Part shown: piece by piece, positions 5,982 through 10,457 of the stretch
Position numbering within the stretch: the first letter of the stretch is position 1
Layout of the letters: each line of letters opens with the position of its first letter
Origin: a virus
DNA: 10,457 nt
UHGV virus genome: UHGV-2079495
Strand: one strand, 5' to 3'
Made by a program: the position numbers and the translations under genes
The notes under the pieces: generated by a model
What the model was told of the DNA's origin: nothing
The model's input: only the letters and a program-made list of their open reading frames with translations
Database searches by the model: none

Positions 5982-8900
5982 ATGGCAGACCGCAATTTAA
6001 ATATCAGGGTGGCATTCAGCGCCCTGAATAATATGTCCCGCCCTGTCAACGCGGCGCGCCAGAGTGCCGCCGCGTTGGCGTCTCAAATCAATCAGACCAA
6101 AACCAGCATTAAAGGGCTTGAGCGTCAGGCAACCAGCTTTGACCGCCTCACCGCAGCCAATAAAAAAACCACCGAACAACTGGCCCAGGCGAAAGAACAG
6201 GCCCGGCAAATGGCGGCGGCTTATGGCCCGTTACGCCAGCGCAGCGCCGAACAGGTTGCCGCCCTCAATCAGCAACGTGCAGCCATTCGCCAGTTAACCC
6301 AGCAGCAGAAAGGCGAGCAGACGCAGCTTAACCAGTTGCGCGCCAGCTTCTACAGCGAAGGCATTGCGATCAGCAGCGCCAGCCGGGCGACGGAACAGAT
6401 CAACCAGCGCACCGCGCAATACAACCGCCAGCTTGCCGAACAGCAGCGACGGCTTGACGCTGTTAACCAGGCGCAGGCCCGTTACAGCCGCGCCAAAGAA
6501 ACCGGCGAAAAGATGATGAGCGGGGGGATGAAAACCGCCGCAGTAGGGGCGGCAACCCTCGCACCTGTCGCCGCTGCGGTTAAATCATACAGCAGCCTTG
6601 AAGACGCCATGAAAGGCGTAGCCAAACAGGTAAACGGCTTGCGTGACGACAGCGGCAACCGCACCCCGCAGTATGAAGAAATGCAGCGGGCGATCATGGA
6701 TGCCAGCGAAAAGCTACCAATGGCTAACGGCGCTGTTGACTATGCCGCCCTGGTCGAAGGTGGCGCGCGCATGGGCGTGGCAAACAGCGATGATCCGTGG
6801 GAAAAACAAAAAGCCGATCTGCTGGCTTTCGCCAGCATGGCGGCAAAAGCTTCGGTAGCCTTTGAACTGCCCGCCGATCAGCTTTCTGAAAGCCTCGGTA
6901 AGATTGCCGGGCTGTATAAAATCCCTACCCAGAATATTGAACAGTTAGGCGACGCCATAAACTACCTGGACGATAACGCGAAGTCGAAAGGCTCCGATAT
7001 TATCGACGTGCTCCAGCGCGTTGGCGGACTTGCCAGCCAACTGGATTACAAGCAAGCCGCCGCGCTGGGTTCCACCTTCCTGACGCTTGGATCACCTGCC
7101 GAAGTTGCCGCCAGCGCAACCAATGCAATGGTGCGCGAACTATCGATCGCCACAGTACAAAGCGATAAATTTTTGGGTGCGCTGGATGAAATCGGCATCA
7201 ATGCTGAAAAAGTCCAGAAAAGCATGTCAGTGGACGCGATGGGCACGATCATTTCAGTGCTGGAAGCGTCCAAAAAACTTGCACCAGATAAGCAGGTAGC
7301 CAACCTTACTCAGATTTTCGGTAAAGAGTTCGGCGATGATGCGCAGAAACTTGCGAACAACCTGCCCGAACTACGCCGCCAGATAGAACTGACGCAGGGC
7401 GCAGCCGCTAAAGGTTCCATGAATCGGGAATCTGATATCAATAAAGCGTCCCTTTCAGCTCAGTGGCAACTGACCAAAACCGGCGCGGTTAACGCATTGA
7501 GTTCAGCAGGGGAAACGCTCCGCGAACCGCTGATGGATATCATGCTTACCGTCAGTAAGGTGGTTGGCAGCGTCCGCCGCTGGGTTGAGGCAAACCCGGC
7601 TCTGGTTGGCTCAATCATGAAAGTCACCGCAGCCATAGGCGCGTTGCTGGTTGTCGTGGGTGGCCTGATGCTGACCATCGGCGCAGTGCTCGGCCCGATG
7701 GCACTTGTTCGCCTCAGCTTCACCACGCTGGCTGGCTCCGGTGGGGTAACTCCCCTCATAGGCTCGCTGGGAAAATTATCCAGCACATTACGCGGGCTGA
7801 TCCCCTCACTATCTGGCGTGGGCCGAAGTATTAAAGACTGGCCTGCCCTCTTCCGATCTGCTGCGTCTGGCATTACCCAATTTAGTAAACAAGCTATTGG
7901 CGGGTTAAACACAGCGTTAATGGCACTTTCACGCGGTGCTGTTGCTGCCGGACAGGGGCTATTTACCCTATTCACAAGGCCTATGACGGCTATAACCTGG
8001 CTTGGTAATGGCCTCAGAACTCTGGCGACCTCCGGTTTCGGCGCTTTGCTGAACGTTGGACGCACCGTAATGATGGCGTTGGGTGGCGGGTTATCATTAC
8101 TTCTTAGCCCTATTGGAATACTGGTAATCGCTTTATCAGCAGCAGCGATCGCCGTTATTAAATTCTGGGAACCTATAAAAGCCTTTTTCACTGGCTTTTA
8201 CACCGGGTTAATGAGTGGCTTACAGCCTTTAACCTCAGCATTTAGTACAGCCTTTGCACCACTAGCCCCACTCTTTGACTCTATCGGTAATGCTGTCGGT
8301 GGCGTCTGGGAGTGGTTCACAAAACTATTCGAACCTATCCAGTTCTCCAGCGAAGCGCTAGCCTCCTGCACCAGTGCCGGGGAAACGTTCGGTAAGGTTG
8401 TAGGTAACGCTCTATCTGCATTAACACCAATAATCGAAGGAATAGCGCGCGGTATAGGATGGGTACTGGAAAAACTCGGCGCCATCCCCGACGCAACAAA
8501 AGCAGCGCAGCAAGCTGCGGAAAGTATGCACAAAGACCCTGTTGTCTGGGAGTGGGATCCGCAGCAAAAGAAAATGGTTAAAAAGGGTTGGAACTGGTCG
8601 CCGAAAGACGATCAGCAGAAGAAAACCAACCAGAAGCAACAGCAGGCCATTGACCAGCAGAAAAAGCAGGAAAGCTTAATTAACTCGCTCAAGGGCCCGG
8701 CCAACATCGTGCCGAAGATGAGCAGCAGCCTGGATAAGATCGCCACCAATACCACGGAGAAGAAAGACGGCCCCGGCGAAATTGTCTTCAAGAATAAGCA
8801 GCCCTATATCCCGATCCGTGGTGGATATTCGGAACCGCTTAAGCAGGTGCAGCGCCAACTACCATCCCTTACCGATTGGGTGACGCAGCAGGCCGGATCG

Positions 8901-9152
8901 CTGATCGCTTCCGTTACGCCTTGGCAGGTTGAGAAGCCCGCCGCACGGATGCCTGTTTCGGCGTCTCCGTCTGCGGCTTCCGTCGCTGCGCTGATGCCTG
9001 CTCCGGGTGGCGATGTATATAACCTTAACTTCGACTTTAGCGGCCAGAAACTGGATGAAGAAACCATTATCAGGCGCGTGCGCGAAGAACTTGCGTTAGC
9101 GAAGCAACAGGCCGACCGGCGCAAGCGCTCCCAACTGACCGATCACGTCTAA
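5982..9152 (+). CDS. T: Tail tape measure protein (P2 gpT family)
   Basis: 1056-aa ORF immediately after E/E'. N-terminal Q/A-rich, coiled-coil-like region, a central hydrophobic Gly/Ala-rich segment and a C-terminal K/Q-rich region, typical of tape measure proteins. Position between E' and U is as in P2. Confidence 0.9.
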   Translation: MADRNLNIRVAFSALNNMSRPVNAARQSAAALASQINQTKTSIKGLERQATSFDRLTAANKKTTEQLAQAKEQARQMAAAYGPLRQRSAEQVAALNQQRAAIRQLTQQQKGEQTQLNQLRASFYSEGIAISSASRATEQINQRTAQYNRQLAEQQRRLDAVNQAQARYSRAKETGEKMMSGGMKTAAVGAATLAPVAAAVKSYSSLEDAMKGVAKQVNGLRDDSGNRTPQYEEMQRAIMDASEKLPMANGAVDYAALVEGGARMGVANSDDPWEKQKADLLAFASMAAKASVAFELPADQLSESLGKIAGLYKIPTQNIEQLGDAINYLDDNAKSKGSDIIDVLQRVGGLASQLDYKQAAALGSTFLTLGSPAEVAASATNAMVRELSIATVQSDKFLGALDEIGINAEKVQKSMSVDAMGTIISVLEASKKLAPDKQVANLTQIFGKEFGDDAQKLANNLPELRRQIELTQGAAAKGSMNRESDINKASLSAQWQLTKTGAVNALSSAGETLREPLMDIMLTVSKVVGSVRRWVEANPALVGSIMKVTAAIGALLVVVGGLMLTIGAVLGPMALVRLSFTTLAGSGGVTPLIGSLGKLSSTLRGLIPSLSGVGRSIKDWPALFRSAASGITQFSKQAIGGLNTALMALSRGAVAAGQGLFTLFTRPMTAITWLGNGLRTLATSGFGALLNVGRTVMMALGGGLSLLLSPIGILVIALSAAAIAVIKFWEPIKAFFTGFYTGLMSGLQPLTSAFSTAFAPLAPLFDSIGNAVGGVWEWFTKLFEPIQFSSEALASCTSAGETFGKVVGNALSALTPIIEGIARGIGWVLEKLGAIPDATKAAQQAAESMHKDPVVWEWDPQQKKMVKKGWNWSPKDDQQKKTNQKQQQAIDQQKKQESLINSLKGPANIVPKMSSSLDKIATNTTEKKDGPGEIVFKNKQPYIPIRGGYSEPLKQVQRQLPSLTDWVTQQAGSLIASVTPWQVEKPAARMPVSASPSAASVAALMPAPGGDVYNLNFDFSGQKLDEETIIRRVREELALAKQQADRRKRSQLTDHV

Positions 9153-9161
9153 GGCAATATC

Positions 9162-9611
9162 ATGATGATGATTCTGGGGATGTTCCCCTTTTCACTGCAA
9201 ACCACACCTTACCAGAGTGCGAATAAAACCAACTCCTGGCGGCACGTCAAAAACGATCGCGTGGGGAAATCCCCGCGCTATCAGTTCATCGGCGCAGATG
9301 AAGAACCGTTCGTACTCAGCGGCACGCTGTACCCCGAAATAAGCGGCGGTGATGTGTCGCTTGTCATGCTGGAAACTATGGCTTTTTCCGGGCGCCCGTG
9401 GCCCCTGATAGAAGGCACGGGCAGGATCTACGGCATGTATGTAATTGAGCAGATCACGCAAAACCGGACGGAGTTTTTTAAGGACGGGAAGGCAAAGAAA
9501 ATTGATTTCACGCTCAACCTGAAACGGGTAAGCGAGGACATACGGGAAAAGCTGGCTGAAACCACTACCGACGATCTCTTCTCTCTGGTGAAAACCAACC
9601 TTTCGATATAA
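9162..9611 (+). CDS. U: P2 gpU-family tail protein
   Basis: 149 aa (P2 gpU is about 159 aa), directly downstream of T (9-nt gap, SD AAGG). N-terminus MMMILGMFPFSLQTTPYQ... resembles gpU as I recall it. Confidence 0.85.
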   Translation: MMMILGMFPFSLQTTPYQSANKTNSWRHVKNDRVGKSPRYQFIGADEEPFVLSGTLYPEISGGDVSLVMLETMAFSGRPWPLIEGTGRIYGMYVIEQITQNRTEFFKDGKAKKIDFTLNLKRVSEDIREKLAETTTDDLFSLVKTNLSI

Positions 9612-9614
9612 GAA

Positions 9615-9640
9615 AAGCGGGCCATTGCCCGCTTCGTCTT
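9615..9640. terminator. Hairpin AAGCGGGC-CATT-GCCCGCTT between convergent U and invertase genes; possible bidirectional terminator
   Basis: 8-bp stem at 9615-9634, 4 nt after the U stop. The plus-strand downstream tract CGTCTTCC is only weakly U-rich; the minus-strand tract (TTTCTTATA) is better, but the stem lies about 85 nt from the invertase stop. Confidence 0.4.
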
Positions 9641-9717
9641 CCGTAATACACCACCATAACTGACCGTGCTACAGCACCGTTAAAAGTGACCGTACTCGAT
9701 ACACACGGCCAGCACGG

Positions 9718-10299
9718 TTATAACCGGCCATGCGTGCCGGAATTCTTATCTCTGGTCGCTGGGAATTTTTTGTAAAGCGTAGATATCCCAACATCATAAA
9801 TTATGGCAACCCTCCGGCGCGATTCCCCTGCCGCTATTAACCTACCCGCCTGCGCCCATTGTTCTGGTGTTAGTTTTGGACGTCTACCGCCGATCCTTCC
9901 CTGCGCGCGAGCGGCCACCAGTCCTGCACGCGTACGCTCGACAATCAATTCTCTTTCCATCTCTGCCAGTGCTCCCATAACATGAAAAAAGAAACGCCCC
10001 ATTGGTGTTGAGGTATCAATACTGTCAGTCAGGCTGCGGAAGTTCACGGAACGTTGCTTTAGTTCCTCCACCAGAATGACCAAGTTCCGCATACTCCGCC
10101 CAAGACGATCCAGCTTCCAGACAACAAGCGTATCTTCTGGAGAAAGGCGCTTTAGTAATTTTTTAAGCCCTGGCCTTTCCGCTGTTCTCCCGCTCATTTT
10201 ATCTTCAAAAATTATCTCACATCCTGACCGCTCAAGCGCATCACGTTGCAAAGCCGTGTTCTGGTCATTTGTTGATACGCGCACATATCCAATAAGCAT
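9718..10299 (-). CDS. pin: Serine-recombinase DNA invertase of the Pin/Gin/Cin/Hin family
   Basis: 193-aa ORF MLIGYVRVSTNDQNT...DTLVVWKLDRLGRSM...SLTDSIDTSTPMGRFFFHVMGALAEMERELIVERT...STLYKKF. It is near-collinear with E. coli e14 Pin and Salmonella Hin as I recall them, with the catalytic Ser in the RVSTNDQ motif and a C-terminal HTH. SD AAGGAA upstream of the ATG at 10299-10297. Confidence 0.93.
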   Translation of the reverse strand: MLIGYVRVSTNDQNTALQRDALERSGCEIIFEDKMSGRTAERPGLKKLLKRLSPEDTLVVWKLDRLGRSMRNLVILVEELKQRSVNFRSLTDSIDTSTPMGRFFFHVMGALAEMERELIVERTRAGLVAARAQGRIGGRRPKLTPEQWAQAGRLIAAGESRRRVAIIYDVGISTLYKKFPATRDKNSGTHGRL

Positions 10300-10353
10300 G
10301 GTTTTTCATTCCTTTAAAACGATAAATCATGCCATTCGGCTAATAATTATGCA

Positions 10354-10379
10354 TTTTCAAAAACGTTCGTTTTGGAGGA
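10354..10379. other. Candidate 26-bp invertase crossover site (gix/hix/cix-like): TTTTCAAAAACG-TT-CGTTTTGGAGGA with a 2-bp core at 10366-10367
   Basis: Imperfect inverted repeat of 12-bp half-sites around a central TT/AA dinucleotide. The half-sites resemble the hix/gix half-sites I recall (TTATCAAAAACC and TTATCCAAAACC). It lies 55 bp upstream of the invertase start, as gix/cix sites do next to gin/cin. Confidence 0.6.
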
Positions 10380-10382
10380 ACC

Positions 10383-10457
10383 ATGCAACCGCTTGTTACC
10401 GGTGACTCAATTGCATATGTTCCTATCGGAGCGCAGACATTGATTATTCAGATTGGC
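10383..10457 (+). CDS. 5' end of an ORF beginning just inside the putative invertible segment (MQPLVTGDSIAYVPIGAQTLIIQIG...); function unknown, runs off the window
   Basis: ATG at 10383 preceded by a strong SD, GGAGG at 10374-10378, which lies inside the right half of the crossover site. Only 25 codons are visible. It is not in the supplied ORF track, presumably because it is below the length cut-off. Confidence 0.3.
   Translation, partial: MQPLVTGDSIAYVPIGAQTLIIQIG

Larger units (their letters stand above)
1103..10457. mobile_element. P2-like (Peduovirus-type) prophage or prophage remnant: ogr-proximal end with cargo, tail module and tail-fibre invertase. The left junction with host DNA lies somewhere in about 904-1140; the element continues beyond the right edge
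   Basis: Contiguous set of P2 hallmark genes (ogr, D, FI, FII, E/E', T, U) plus a phage-type DNA invertase, next to a core host gene (fieF). The cargo shows a compositional shift. No integrase or att repeat is visible inside the window. Confidence 0.8.

Noticed and set aside
7460-8191. 243-aa minus-strand ORF (plus others at 8198-8533, 8421-8639, 8804-9124, 7046-7303, 6482-6697) inside the tape-measure gene
   Set aside because: Antisense to a long, well-supported CDS. The translations are low-complexity and Pro/Ser/Ala-rich, with no start context; they are typical spurious ORFs on the reverse strand of a GC-rich gene.
8540-8660. Lys/Gln-rich low-complexity stretch near the C-terminus of the tape measure protein (KKMVKKGWNWSPKDDQQKKTNQKQQQAIDQQKKQ)
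   Set aside because: Compositionally biased linkers are common in tape measure proteins; there is no evidence of a separate domain or embedded gene.
10300-10353. Promoter for the invertase gene in the A+T-rich region between the crossover site and the invertase start
   Set aside because: Several overlapping TA-rich hexamers, but no convincing -35/-10 pair at proper spacing could be chosen by eye.
1-10457. tRNA, rRNA, CRISPR arrays, IS elements or an integrase at the prophage boundary
   Set aside because: No cloverleaf-like tRNA candidates, no regularly spaced direct repeats, and no transposase- or integrase-like ORFs were found. The integrase and att sites of a P2-like element would be expected at the other prophage end, outside this window.

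Overview
This window is the junction between a conserved enterobacterial housekeeping gene (fieF/yiiP, complete, minus strand) and one end of a P2-like (Peduovirus-type) prophage or prophage remnant. All calls are from reading the sequence and the supplied ORF translations; no database search or computation was run. Left to right: fieF (1-903); a candidate native fieF promoter; two tandem minus-strand intrinsic terminators; a compact, visibly A+T-richer two-gene cargo operon (zinc-ribbon membrane protein plus a secreted Cys-containing protein) bracketed by terminators; the late-gene activator ogr; tail gene D; a divergent intergenic region carrying a TGT-N12-ACA Ogr-type late-promoter element; tail sheath FI, tail tube FII, chaperone E/E' with a T6G -1 frameshift site, tape measure T and tail protein U on the plus strand; a Pin/Gin/Hin-family serine DNA invertase on the minus strand; and a 26-bp gix/hix-like crossover site that likely marks the edge of an invertible segment running off the right end. 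The most interesting items are the uncharacterised cargo operon at the prophage end (a candidate envelope-acting exclusion/defence or conversion module), the inversion of the FI-U block relative to canonical P2 order, and the invertase/crossover-site switch. No rRNA, tRNA, CRISPR array or IS element was recognised.
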